A stretch of 64,000 bases of DNA, from assembly GCA_016929115.1 (NCBI GenBank), contig JAFGJL010000010.1:331-64330 (forward strand). The letters are read 5' to 3'. Made by a program: the position numbers and the translations under genes. The stretch comes from Candidatus Omnitrophota bacterium (GTDB lineage: Bacteria > Omnitrophota > Gorgyraeia > 2-01-FULL-45-10). Under the pieces are notes generated by a model, which worked only from the letters and a program-made list of their open reading frames with translations, made no database searches and had not been told where the DNA came from. Positions 18,809 through 28,303 of the stretch are shown piece by piece (position 1 is the stretch's first letter; each line of letters starts with the position of its first letter).

Positions 18809-20673
18809 ATCCACCCCTTCCACCAATAATAGGCTATCCCTATATATTCATGCACTATGCCTTTTATCTGGCCGAAACTTATCTGCCGGTGAAAAAACGG
18901 GATATCCTCATGCGCGTAGAATGCGCTCCTGGGCACCGGCGTGTAGGCGATCTTCATGTCGCCGGCATACTTCTCAAAGACAAGGGATAAGCGCTTCATG
19001 TGGTAAGGCGAGCTTACAAGCAATGCGCTGCGCCACTTGTTCGCCAGCATAATCTCCCTGGTCTGTTCCACGTTCTGATAAGTATTCGCCGATTTGTCAT
19101 CCAGGATTATATCTTTTGCAGACACGCCAAGCGCTACGGCCAGGGCCTTCATCACAAGTGTCTCTTTGAACACATACGTATAACCGGAAGAGAACACGAT
19201 ATGGCCGGCGTAACCCTTTTTATAAAGTTCTACGGCATACTGGACCCTCTCCTCATACCCCTGCCCGGCCTTGCCTGATTCCCCCACCCCGCCTCCGAGC
19301 ACTACAATAGCGTCAGCCTTCTGCGGCTGATCGGCTATGGCAAGCGGCCCGGCCAGGAACCACATTAGAGGCGTATAGAACAAAAGCAGGTACAGCGCCA
19401 GCCCTGCTGAGAGGGCCTTCAAGGCCCCACGCCTTGTGTTCTTATATAACAGCAGGAACTTCTCCTGCCAGTTCGCGGAAGGGGCTTTCTTCTTCCTCTC
19501 GATGGCGCTTTCCATTAGAGCGCTCATGCGCTCTATGCGCTCGTTCCAACTGTTCTTTTTTGCGAGTTCCATTCTCTGCCCCGAGATCTTCCCGTGATCG
19601 CAAGCGAGCGCCTTTTCGACAAGCTTGACAAATTCTTCCCGCGTCCTGGCTATCGCCGTAAGACAGCTACCCTGCTCATTCATGGCCTCTACCTCGGGAA
19701 GGGCCGTGGAAACAACGGGCTTGCCCATTATATGGTATTCGTTCAGCTTGGATGGATAAACGGTTTCCGTGTAACCCGAGACAAGATAGGGTATTGTGCA
19801 GACATCGAACCCGTTTATATACGCCGGCAGCGTATTGAACTCCTTCTTTCCCAGCGCAAAGACGTTCGGCATAGCGTCTATCTGGGACGTATCGGTCTGT
19901 TTCGGCCCAACCAGCACTATGGACCATTCCGGATGGCTCGCGGCCATGTAGTGGATGAGGGTCATATCCACATGCTTGTGTATCCCCCCCACATAGCCGA
20001 TTATGGGCTTCTTTATCTCCTTCAATCCCTCCGCCTCGCCTTTTACGGGAGCGCTCAGGTAATCCTCGAATATCTTCGTATTGACACCGGGCGGAAAGAT
20101 GTGGACATTCGCGTTCAGCTTCCTGCACTTATCGGCGAGTACCTTTCCCTGGGCGAATATGATATCGCTCTTCTTTATCAATATCTCCTCTGTCTTCTTC
20201 AGCATTTTCGGGTTATCGGTCAATTCTTCAAAATCCGCCACGCAATCATAGACCAGGAGCTTCCTGTCAGACAGTTCATCTATGATCTCGAGCGCTATGG
20301 TGGTGGGCAGAAAAGTCCAGATGATAGGATCGTGGAACGACATAGCTTTTATCCAGCGCTTAAGCGGCTCTATCAGCAGCCGTTTATTGATCCAGCAGGC
20401 GAACCTTGAATAAGGAAAAGGCAATACGACCGGGGAATATATAAACAGGTTGCCCGATTCTTTCCTGAATCCCTTGATGCTCTTTAACCAGCTAACCACG
20501 CGCTTCTTTAAACGCATTATGTCCCTGAACCCGGGCTTGCGGACGCCTGTATTCTCTATGAAAAGTACCCTGTTGCCGTTCTTCGCAAAGGTCGACATTA
20601 TCTCCTGGTGGCTCTGCCAGACAAAGTCCCAGTCTATGGAGGATATGCATATTATGTTCTCGTTCTTACGCAT
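18805..20673 (-). CDS. Fusion: TuaH-like GT4 glycosyltransferase, TM helix, DUF218 (YdcF/ElyC/SanA) domain
   Basis: ISSIDW, YDCVADF, IGYVGGI, P.KL.EY..GKPVVST; then ADAIVVLGGG, FSSG, SANTYQN, VSSPYHMKR, HEYIG. Confidence 0.85.
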   Translation of the reverse strand: MRKNENIICISSIDWDFVWQSHQEIMSTFAKNGNRVLFIENTGVRKPGFRDIMRLKKRVVSWLKSIKGFRKESGNLFIYSPVVLPFPYSRFACWINKRLLIEPLKRWIKAMSFHDPIIWTFLPTTIALEIIDELSDRKLLVYDCVADFEELTDNPKMLKKTEEILIKKSDIIFAQGKVLADKCRKLNANVHIFPPGVNTKIFEDYLSAPVKGEAEGLKEIKKPIIGYVGGIHKHVDMTLIHYMAASHPEWSIVLVGPKQTDTSQIDAMPNVFALGKKEFNTLPAYINGFDVCTIPYLVSGYTETVYPSKLNEYHIMGKPVVSTALPEVEAMNEQGSCLTAIARTREEFVKLVEKALACDHGKISGQRMELAKKNSWNERIERMSALMESAIERKKKAPSANWQEKFLLLYKNTRRGALKALSAGLALYLLLFYTPLMWFLAGPLAIADQPQKADAIVVLGGGVGESGKAGQGYEERVQYAVELYKKGYAGHIVFSSGYTYVFKETLVMKALAVALGVSAKDIILDDKSANTYQNVEQTREIMLANKWRSALLVSSPYHMKRLSLVFEKYAGDMKIAYTPVPRSAFYAHEDIPFFHRQISFGQIKGIVHEYIGIAYYWWKGWI

Positions 20674-20797
20674 CGGCCTTATACCCCCACACGATCCGGC
20701 TCAGCTGAAATTAAAAAGCATCGGTTAGGCTTATTACGCATGTTTTGTATATGATCTATATATCAGACTTATATTGTTATATTACAGGGAAGGAGGT

Positions 20798-20826
20798 ATT
20801 ATAATATAATATTGATATATAAGCAA
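20798..20826 (-). promoter_or_regulatory. Sigma70-type promoter driving the 20.7-0 kb block
   Basis: Minus strand TTGCTT (20826-20821), 17-bp spacer, TATAAT (20803-20798), in an AT-rich 163-bp gap. Confidence 0.7.
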
Positions 20827-20836
20827 GGAGATGTAA

Positions 20837-21922
20837 TTAGGGGATAATTATATTCTTATTCTGAAGGTAAGTCAAGGCATCCTTTATGCGGTGATGCCAG
20901 GTATGGCTTTCCAGGACCTTTTCCTTACCTTTTTCTATCATTAAACGGCGCTTTTCCGGATTATCCAGATAGAACCTTACCTGCCTCTTCAGGTCAACAA
21001 GGTCTTTATAATACGCTATCTCCTTCCCGGGCTTAAAAAGCCTGTCCATCTCCGGCTTATAATCCGTCAATTCGAACGCGCCGCAGGCAGGTATGTCGAA
21101 GGTCCTGGTATTGACCCCTTCCCTGCCTTCCGGAGTATGGATATTCAATACGATCTTTGAAGACCTGTAAAGTTTCAGGACCTTCTCGCCCACGGCCTTG
21201 CCCTTGTAATAATCAGGCGTCTTTTTGAGCCTCAGCCAATGCCATTTGTCCCATCCGTCGCCAAAGACGCCAAGCCTGAATTCCCGGAGACTGTCCAGGA
21301 CCTCTACGCGGTTGTATAACGGCGATCCGACGAAACAGATATCATAGCCAAGCTCTCTCTGTTCTTCGGCGCTTATATCTATCTCCTTATACTGGCCTGG
21401 GCTTGTGGCGAGCGGCAGATAGCTTACATGCGATATGCCCCTTGCCGTTATCTCCCTGACGTAATACGGGTCGTGGACAAAGATGTGGTCGTACATCCGC
21501 ATGCAGTCGGCGAAATTATTCTTTCGGTATTTATCCGCGAACTGGCCCATAAAAGAATAGAAGGGGCAGTCCCATACATATGCCACGCAGGGGATCTTCA
21601 TGCCGTTCTTAATTGCCTCCAGGGTCTTCGGGTAGATCGTCTCCCCTTTGATGACGAACAAAAGATCCGGCTTTGCGTCCCTTATGAGGGATATATACTC
21701 TTCGTTATCCCTGTCCAGGTATGACTTTATAAGAGGCGTCAGGAGCGGTTCGGCTAACGGCACGCTTTTAGCGGCCTTCAAAGCGATGGATTCGGCAGGC
21801 TCCAGCCTCTTCCTGGTGTTCTTCAGGACGACCTCGAACCCGAAAGATCCGAATATCCGGCTGATCGACTTATCGATGCCGTAAAAATCCGGCGCTATGA
21901 TGAATATCTTTTTTTTAGCCAT
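20837..21922 (-). CDS. CgeB-family glycosyltransferase
   Basis: YLPLA, DICFVGS, VFGDGW, SKIVLNIH, NTRTFDIPACGAF, HTWHHR. Confidence 0.85.
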   Translation of the reverse strand: MAKKKIFIIAPDFYGIDKSISRIFGSFGFEVVLKNTRKRLEPAESIALKAAKSVPLAEPLLTPLIKSYLDRDNEEYISLIRDAKPDLLFVIKGETIYPKTLEAIKNGMKIPCVAYVWDCPFYSFMGQFADKYRKNNFADCMRMYDHIFVHDPYYVREITARGISHVSYLPLATSPGQYKEIDISAEEQRELGYDICFVGSPLYNRVEVLDSLREFRLGVFGDGWDKWHWLRLKKTPDYYKGKAVGEKVLKLYRSSKIVLNIHTPEGREGVNTRTFDIPACGAFELTDYKPEMDRLFKPGKEIAYYKDLVDLKRQVRFYLDNPEKRRLMIEKGKEKVLESHTWHHRIKDALTYLQNKNIIIP

Positions 21923-22820
21923 TCCCGGAAGCCTTTTTAAGATTTTTCATCAACTTAAGCCCCTCGGTCACGGAGAGGGGCTTTATCCCCAGTACAGCGC
22001 GCATCTTTCCGGTATGATACGAAGTATCCGACGGTCTTTTCGCCATCTCGTTGAAAAATCCCTGCTGGACCGGCATGACAAGGCCCGGATCGAACCCGAA
22101 GATGCGGGCCGCTTTTTGGATAAGGCCGTATATGCTCACCCTCTCTTTGCCGGCGATGTTGAAGGTGTCGTATCTTTCGTCTTTCACGATCTTCCATATG
22201 GCGTCGGCGCAGCTCTGGACGAAAAGCGGGTTCACGTATACGTCGTCATAGACATGCACCTTCTCGCCTTTCCGAAGCTTGGAAAGGGCGAAGGTCACTA
22301 TATTCGGCCTGGACGACGGGTTGTTCCAGCCGTACATCAGTATCGGCCTCACTATGGCGTGCGGGACACCGGTTTTTTTTGCGACCTTCTCGCCTTCCAG
22401 TTTTATCTTGCCGTAAAAGTTTATGGGTTTGGCCTTGTCGTCCTCTCGATAGGGCGCGCTCTTCCCGTCATAAATGCCGTTCGAGGATATGTATATGAAC
22501 TTTGCCCCGTAGCGCTCGCAGTTGGCGACGATATTGGCGGTGCCGCCGACGTTTATCTCGCGGGATTCCTTCTTGTGCTTTTCGGCGTGATCGGGGCTGC
22601 CCACGCCGGCCGTGTGTACCACCACGGAAGGCCTGAGCTCCCTGAAAAGACGGTCATACCCTTCCCTGTCGCGGATATCCAGCTTCCTGTATTTAACGGC
22701 GGGGGTATCCTTCGGCGGGCACTTATCCAGATACGTCGCCGTTATACCGCAACGCCGGCCCGACGTCTCGATGAGCGCCCTGCCCAAAAGCCCTGTCCCT
22801 CCCGTTATCAATATCTTCAT
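21915..22820 (-). CDS. RmlD-like NAD(P)-dependent nucleotide-sugar reductase
   Basis: ITGGTGLLG, YISSNGIYDG, PINFYGKIK, RP.DTS. Confidence 0.85.
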   Translation of the reverse strand: MKILITGGTGLLGRALIETSGRRCGITATYLDKCPPKDTPAVKYRKLDIRDREGYDRLFRELRPSVVVHTAGVGSPDHAEKHKKESREINVGGTANIVANCERYGAKFIYISSNGIYDGKSAPYREDDKAKPINFYGKIKLEGEKVAKKTGVPHAIVRPILMYGWNNPSSRPNIVTFALSKLRKGEKVHVYDDVYVNPLFVQSCADAIWKIVKDERYDTFNIAGKERVSIYGLIQKAARIFGFDPGLVMPVQQGFFNEMAKRPSDTSYHTGKMRAVLGIKPLSVTEGLKLMKNLKKASGNG

Positions 22821-22835
22821 CGCATATTGCCTGGG

Positions 22836-24431
22836 TTATCTTGAAATAAAGTCCTTGACCGCTGATTTAACATCATGGTCCAATCTTTCCCGGAACCATT
22901 CGACAGCCACGGAAACACTCTCATCTTTATCGATCGCTGACGACCATCTGGAGACGCCTTTAATAAACCCGAATGATCCATGAACGCTCTCAGCCAATAA
23001 CGAAGCCTCTTTCCGGAATCCCGACCTTTTATACAGCCAGCCTAACATAAGCGCAAATCTTAAGAAGTGGAATTTGTTCGTATCCGGAGGAAAATCCTTA
23101 AGCCATTCGACATCGTCGGAAGATAATTTCATCTTCTTCGAATAAAGCATATCGATCCAAAGACTTTTAAGTATATTTTCTTTATACGCCCCTGAAACAA
23201 CTCTTTTTAATAGGGCCAGGTCTTCCCGGCCGGCCCTGCGCGTAACAAGCCCCTTGATAGCATCTTCCGCATCCGGATTGCTGTATTCTGCGGCAGATAA
23301 CCGCTCGATCACCCTGCGAGCTTTAGCTCTATACCCCATCCATGCCCAGAAGAGTGACAGGTCCGCCCACTTAATCCATTCATTACCCGCAGCTCCGGAA
23401 TCTATGACCTCTCTTATCTTGGATACGGCGTTCATAGCCGACTTTTCCGGCGGGATCGAAAGATGCGCTTCAATTAAACTGTCATAAATACCGACCCCTT
23501 TTTCATGGATGATGCTGATCACCCTGGGAACATCGGTTTCGTCCCTCACTATTATCTCGTCCAGCGAACCGTCGAATATCGTCCTGCGGCAGATCGGGAC
23601 AGGAACCACAGGTATCTTTCTCTGCATCGCGTCTATGATAACCTGGGATGTCCCCCTGTTGAAGAGGATATCAGTAACATCCAGGACCCTGTCTATGGGC
23701 GTCGGTCCGGGAGCCATCCTTGCGCGCGGGGCATAAGTTCTTAAGAATTTCATGGTCGTCGCCATGCTCTCAGCGGGATGCGGCTTGACCAGGAGCTCGT
23801 ATTCTTCCGTCAGCCCTTTTGACAAGATCTCAAGAATGCGTTTGCGCATGAAAGGCGTCTCTCCGTTAGGCGCAAGAAGGTCGAGGCTTAAGGTCGCAAC
23901 ACGCTTACTCTCGCTCAAACCAAATTCGCTCTTTGACGCTTTTTTTATAGTTTCACCCTTTTTATAACGGAATACGCCGCCTACCGTTTCTAGCGCGCTG
24001 GATGGCACCCCCAGTTTCATGAACTCGCTCTTCTCGTATTCCGAAGCAACAAAAAAATTATCAACAGGCAGGATATAATTATTCATAGCCGCCTGCGATA
24101 GCATCATCTGAGAAACCTCTTCCACAGCGATCACCGGTATCTTTCTCAAAAACGCCTCTTCCACCAGATTGCACTGCGCCGTGCGAAGCTGGGCGGTAAA
24201 AAGTATGACAGCCTTCACATCATCAAACGCCTCGCGAGATGGGCGCTGGAACAACCTGCCGCCAAACCATACCGCATCATCGCAGGACAGTTTCGCCGGA
24301 TCGGAAAACCATGAGAAATTCGGGTTGTATATCGCCCGGAAATGAAACTCCGGCATCAGCTTCTTGAATATCTGTATATTCCTGTCGTGAACAATTCCGA
24401 CCGGATTGAACAATATAACGTTTTTCTTCAT
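22836..24431 (-). CDS. Hypothetical protein, probable GT-B fold
   Basis: 531-aa ORF; LVKPHPAE and SQVIIDAM..KIPV resemble GT-B C-terminal domains. Confidence 0.6.
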   Translation of the reverse strand: MKKNVILFNPVGIVHDRNIQIFKKLMPEFHFRAIYNPNFSWFSDPAKLSCDDAVWFGGRLFQRPSREAFDDVKAVILFTAQLRTAQCNLVEEAFLRKIPVIAVEEVSQMMLSQAAMNNYILPVDNFFVASEYEKSEFMKLGVPSSALETVGGVFRYKKGETIKKASKSEFGLSESKRVATLSLDLLAPNGETPFMRKRILEILSKGLTEEYELLVKPHPAESMATTMKFLRTYAPRARMAPGPTPIDRVLDVTDILFNRGTSQVIIDAMQRKIPVVPVPICRRTIFDGSLDEIIVRDETDVPRVISIIHEKGVGIYDSLIEAHLSIPPEKSAMNAVSKIREVIDSGAAGNEWIKWADLSLFWAWMGYRAKARRVIERLSAAEYSNPDAEDAIKGLVTRRAGREDLALLKRVVSGAYKENILKSLWIDMLYSKKMKLSSDDVEWLKDFPPDTNKFHFLRFALMLGWLYKRSGFRKEASLLAESVHGSFGFIKGVSRWSSAIDKDESVSVAVEWFRERLDHDVKSAVKDFISR

Positions 24432-24434
24432 GAT

Positions 24435-25415
24435 CTAGTCATTCCATGAGGAAACGGTGTCACAGACTACCGTGCATTTTCCGCATACCGGATATTTTTC
24501 ATATTTGAAACCGCGAAAATCCTCGCGCACTTTCCTGTAGGCATCGCCATTCCATATTTCATGGATACTCTTATCCCTGACGTTCCCGATAACCTGATCC
24601 CCGTTATAATCCGGAGCGCATAAAACCACATCGCCATTTATGAGTATCACCATAACGCGCCATGGGAAAGTACAGATCCTCGCAATGTCGCCCATCTTGA
24701 TAAATGAGCGTCCGTCACCATAATTATATAGAGGAGCGATAAAAACCGAATCCCCCAATGATCTATCCAGAAAGGGGTTCACTAACTGAGTGAATTCTTT
24801 CGTCATGCACTTGTTCGTCGGGGTCCCTATATACTGTATGATGACTTTCGGGTTCTTCCTGCCGAGCTCTTTCCGCGTCTTGAAAAATACCGAGACCTTC
24901 GAAATGGTATCATTAAAATCAAGGCCGACCATCGTACTGTTATAGGTCTCCGGATCCGTACCGTAGAAGCTGAATTTCATCTCATCAAGCCCGGCCTCTA
25001 TGATCTCACGCGCTCTCGCCTCTGTGAATAACGAGCCGTTTGTTACAAAATAAGTATGGCGCATACCGCGATCTTTGGCGATCTTCACTCTTTTCGCAAG
25101 GTCTTTATCGAGAAGCGGCTCGCCAAAATTATGAAGGTGCAATCGTGTGACGTCATCGCGGTGCATCGAGACTTCTTTCATGATCTTCTCAAAAAGGCCT
25201 AAATCCATAACGCCTTGCGGCCTTGTGAGCTTCTCGCGCGGGCATATCGTGCAATGGATATTGCACCTGTTGGTATTTTCTATATAAACCTCGGGAGGAA
25301 AATCGGTGGGTTTCATAAATGGCCTTGCCGTTAAATACGAGCGTTTTTTTCTGCCATATAGAATAACGGGTTTCAATGCCCGCCACCGGTTCATATACCT
25401 GATCATGTTAACCAT
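24435..25415 (-). CDS. Radical SAM protein with SPASM/Twitch domain (BtrN-like layout)
   Basis: CNIHCTIC, FGEPLL, TNG; CTFPW..NGDVVLC..IGN..CGKC. Confidence 0.88.
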   Translation of the reverse strand: MVNMIRYMNRWRALKPVILYGRKKRSYLTARPFMKPTDFPPEVYIENTNRCNIHCTICPREKLTRPQGVMDLGLFEKIMKEVSMHRDDVTRLHLHNFGEPLLDKDLAKRVKIAKDRGMRHTYFVTNGSLFTEARAREIIEAGLDEMKFSFYGTDPETYNSTMVGLDFNDTISKVSVFFKTRKELGRKNPKVIIQYIGTPTNKCMTKEFTQLVNPFLDRSLGDSVFIAPLYNYGDGRSFIKMGDIARICTFPWRVMVILINGDVVLCAPDYNGDQVIGNVRDKSIHEIWNGDAYRKVREDFRGFKYEKYPVCGKCTVVCDTVSSWND

Positions 25416-25424
25416 TTCAGCTCC

Positions 25425-26492
25425 TTAAAAAGTGAATCTGGACAGCCATCTCTTCGGTAAAAATTTAAAGGCGCGCAGCAGGCGTGTGTAAAAATAATGG
25501 CCATATAAAAATACGTCGAATTTCCTTGAGATAAGGCCTGATACGGAATTTTCCCTCCAAAGAATGAAGCGTATGTTACTGTCATATTCGCGCGGGAACT
25601 TTTCCGCCTTTTTGCCGGGTGAGCGCTTGAATATGCCTCTGACTTTCTCGTCGACAAATATGGGCTCGAAATTATCCATGATGCTCATGAGCGCGTTCCT
25701 CGAAAAGTGATACAGGTGAGCTATATGCAGGGAGCCGAGATAGCTCTTATCATGGCTTTTATAATAATTGGCGTTCTTTATGCTCGGGACCGAAAGGTAC
25801 AATATCCCGCCATCCTTAAGAAGGTTGAAAGCTGTCTGCACGGCCTCTTTCGGATCCACCAGGTGCTCAAGCACATGATTCATTATCAGGAAGTCAAATC
25901 GCTCGCCCGTATTTTTCACTTCGTCTATGCCGCCATGACGGAGATCCAGACCTCTGTTTATGCTGCGGCCGTACTCGAGATAACTTTTATTATAGTCGTA
26001 CCCCCGCACGTCCGCGCCATCCTCTAAAAAAGGCAGCAGTATGCCCCCCGCGGAACATCCGATCTCCATCACAGTCTTTCCCCTGAATCCCGATATATTG
26101 AGATGCCCTTTAATAAAATCTTTCATATAAACGCCGCCGGTGACCTGCGCACGGAAATGATCGGAGATATTTTCAGGCTCGGCATCCCAATAGAGGTCCT
26201 GGTACTCCCGGCTGTAAAATTCCTTAAGGACACCGCGGCTAGGTCGAGGATCGATCCGTAAAATACCGCATGACCTACATATGACCGTATTGATGGCAAA
26301 GCCGTAGCGGTCCGTTCCCGCAATAATGACATCGTCATCAGCGCCGCAAAGACAATGGCAATCCTCGAGCTTGTAATATCCCTTATCAAGCTTATCCTGA
26401 ATGGCGTCGCGCAGCGCGGTTTGGACGCTGTTCAACGGAACATGCGATCTACCGGAGAACATGAAACGGTTCGGCATTTTATAAATTGACAT
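25425..26492 (-). CDS. Class I SAM methyltransferase with N-terminal Zn ribbon
   Basis: CLCG..DRY..CRSCG..P, EIGCSAG, HVLEHLVDP, AHLYHF. Confidence 0.85.
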   Translation of the reverse strand: MSIYKMPNRFMFSGRSHVPLNSVQTALRDAIQDKLDKGYYKLEDCHCLCGADDDVIIAGTDRYGFAINTVICRSCGILRIDPRPSRGVLKEFYSREYQDLYWDAEPENISDHFRAQVTGGVYMKDFIKGHLNISGFRGKTVMEIGCSAGGILLPFLEDGADVRGYDYNKSYLEYGRSINRGLDLRHGGIDEVKNTGERFDFLIMNHVLEHLVDPKEAVQTAFNLLKDGGILYLSVPSIKNANYYKSHDKSYLGSLHIAHLYHFSRNALMSIMDNFEPIFVDEKVRGIFKRSPGKKAEKFPREYDSNIRFILWRENSVSGLISRKFDVFLYGHYFYTRLLRAFKFLPKRWLSRFTF

Positions 26493-26506
26493 GATTGACC
26501 GTTTTG

Positions 26507-28303
26507 TTAGATATTTTGAGCGTTGATCTGCGTTTCGTGTAATTTTCTATATATACCCTGTTTATGGATCAGCTCCGAATGATTTCCGCTTTCAGCGATC
26601 CGTCCCTCATCCAAAACTATTATATTATCCGCATTATGTATCGTCGAAAGCCTGTGGGCTATTACGATCACTGTGCGGTTCTTCGACAGCTCGTCGAGCG
26701 CCCGCTGGATCTGCTTTTCTGTCCTGGTATCAAGATGGCTGGTGGCCTCATCAAGGATTAGTATCTCCGGATTCTGTATGATGGCCCTGGCTATCGACAT
26801 CCTCTGCCTCTGGCCGCCCGAGAGCTTAACGCCCCGCTCGCCGAAGATCGTATCATATCCCGCCGGAAGGCTCATGATATAATCATCTATGTCAGCGATC
26901 CTGGCAGCCGCCCTTATCTCGTTTTCCCGCACGCCTTGCCGGCCGTAGACTATATTATCCCGCGCCGACGCATTGAATATGAACACGTCCTGGGAGACGA
27001 CACCGATATTTTTTCTCCACGACCTGAGCTCAAATTCTTTCAGGTCGAACCCATCCATCGTGATCCTTCCTCCAGAGACGTCGTAGAACCTCAGGATGAG
27101 ATGCGCGATCGTCGTCTTGCCGGTCCCGGAAGAGCCGACTATGGCAGTGGTCTTATCTTTTGGCACGATGAACGACGCGCCGTCAAGGACCTTCTTATTG
27201 GCTTCATAGCTGAAACGGACATTTTCGAACCTTATCTCTCTCCTTAGCCCCTCAAAACGGCGTATGCCGTCCGCCATGGCGCTTTCGTCTATCCTTTTCA
27301 GGAAATCTTCGTAGGAATCAAACGCGCCGAGATAGCCGGCGGCCTCAGCCCTGCGGTCCTGGATGCCGCCGAAATCCGTCAACACGTTCTTCGAGACGTA
27401 AAGATAGGTGACGACATACGGCATCATCTTCATTACATCGATCGTTAGGACGCGTAACGCGACGATAAAGAGCCCAACGAATATACTTAAGAACGCTATC
27501 TGGCTGATAGGCATCATGAGTTCAGAGTGTTTCAGGTTCGAATAATTAAATCTATAGACATCATCCGAAGCATTCTTAAAGCGCTTCCGTTCGTAATCCT
27601 CGCCTGCGAATATGCGGATGACCCTTATGCCGTTTATCGCTTCGAGGACCGTAAAATTGAAACCGGCTATCGCTTTATTCACTGCGACGCCTATCTGCCG
27701 TATCCTTTTTACCACGAAAGACAGGGGGATGCGGATAACGATGAAGACCAGAAGGGCTATGAGCGTAAATTTCCATGACATAGCCGTAAGGATGACGAGA
27801 CCGACCGAAAGCCTCACGGCCATGGCGCAAATGCGCAAAACACAATTGATGAAGTTGCCTATCCTTGTCGTCTCATTGTACAAGCTGTTTATTATGAAAC
27901 CGCTCTTCGCCGAATCAAAAAAACCGATACCCGCAGACATCAGCCTGTCAAAAAGGTCAACCTGCAGATCCCTCGTCAGGAGAAAGCGCTGCTTGCTTAT
28001 CGCCACATTCCCTAAATAAAAGATCATGCTCCTCGCGATGAAAGAGGCCAGATAGAATATCAAGAGGATCGATATCACGTCGGGGCGGTCCCACCCGGCA
28101 AAAAAGGCACCCATCCTGTTTATTACAGGTATCCCCCGGAAGATGGTGTCGCTTCCCGATACCGCCTGCAGTATCGGGAAGAGCAGCCCTACATTGAAGA
28201 CTTCCAGGGCCGAGCCAAACACGATAAAAAGGAAGACAATAAGCGATAACGCCCAGTACTTTTTCAGGTAGAAAATCGTTTTCAGCATCTTATCGGTTAC
28301 CAT
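26507..28303 (-). CDS. ABC exporter, permease-ATPase fusion (MsbA/PglK-like flippase)
   Basis: N-terminal TM domain; Walker A GSSGTGKT, LSGGQRQR, ILDEATSHLD, IAHRLST. Confidence 0.92.
   Translation of the reverse strand: MVTDKMLKTIFYLKKYWALSLIVFLFIVFGSALEVFNVGLLFPILQAVSGSDTIFRGIPVINRMGAFFAGWDRPDVISILLIFYLASFIARSMIFYLGNVAISKQRFLLTRDLQVDLFDRLMSAGIGFFDSAKSGFIINSLYNETTRIGNFINCVLRICAMAVRLSVGLVILTAMSWKFTLIALLVFIVIRIPLSFVVKRIRQIGVAVNKAIAGFNFTVLEAINGIRVIRIFAGEDYERKRFKNASDDVYRFNYSNLKHSELMMPISQIAFLSIFVGLFIVALRVLTIDVMKMMPYVVTYLYVSKNVLTDFGGIQDRRAEAAGYLGAFDSYEDFLKRIDESAMADGIRRFEGLRREIRFENVRFSYEANKKVLDGASFIVPKDKTTAIVGSSGTGKTTIAHLILRFYDVSGGRITMDGFDLKEFELRSWRKNIGVVSQDVFIFNASARDNIVYGRQGVRENEIRAAARIADIDDYIMSLPAGYDTIFGERGVKLSGGQRQRMSIARAIIQNPEILILDEATSHLDTRTEKQIQRALDELSKNRTVIVIAHRLSTIHNADNIIVLDEGRIAESGNHSELIHKQGIYRKLHETQINAQNI

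Noticed and set aside
20780-20836. Plus-strand AGGAGGT and TATAAT suggesting a divergent gene
   Set aside because: No credible plus-strand ORF follows; the AT-rich tract is explained by the minus-strand promoter
25403-25657. Small alternative-frame minus ORFs as RiPP precursors for the SPASM enzymes
   Set aside because: They lie within other genes and lack an RBS or leader/core features
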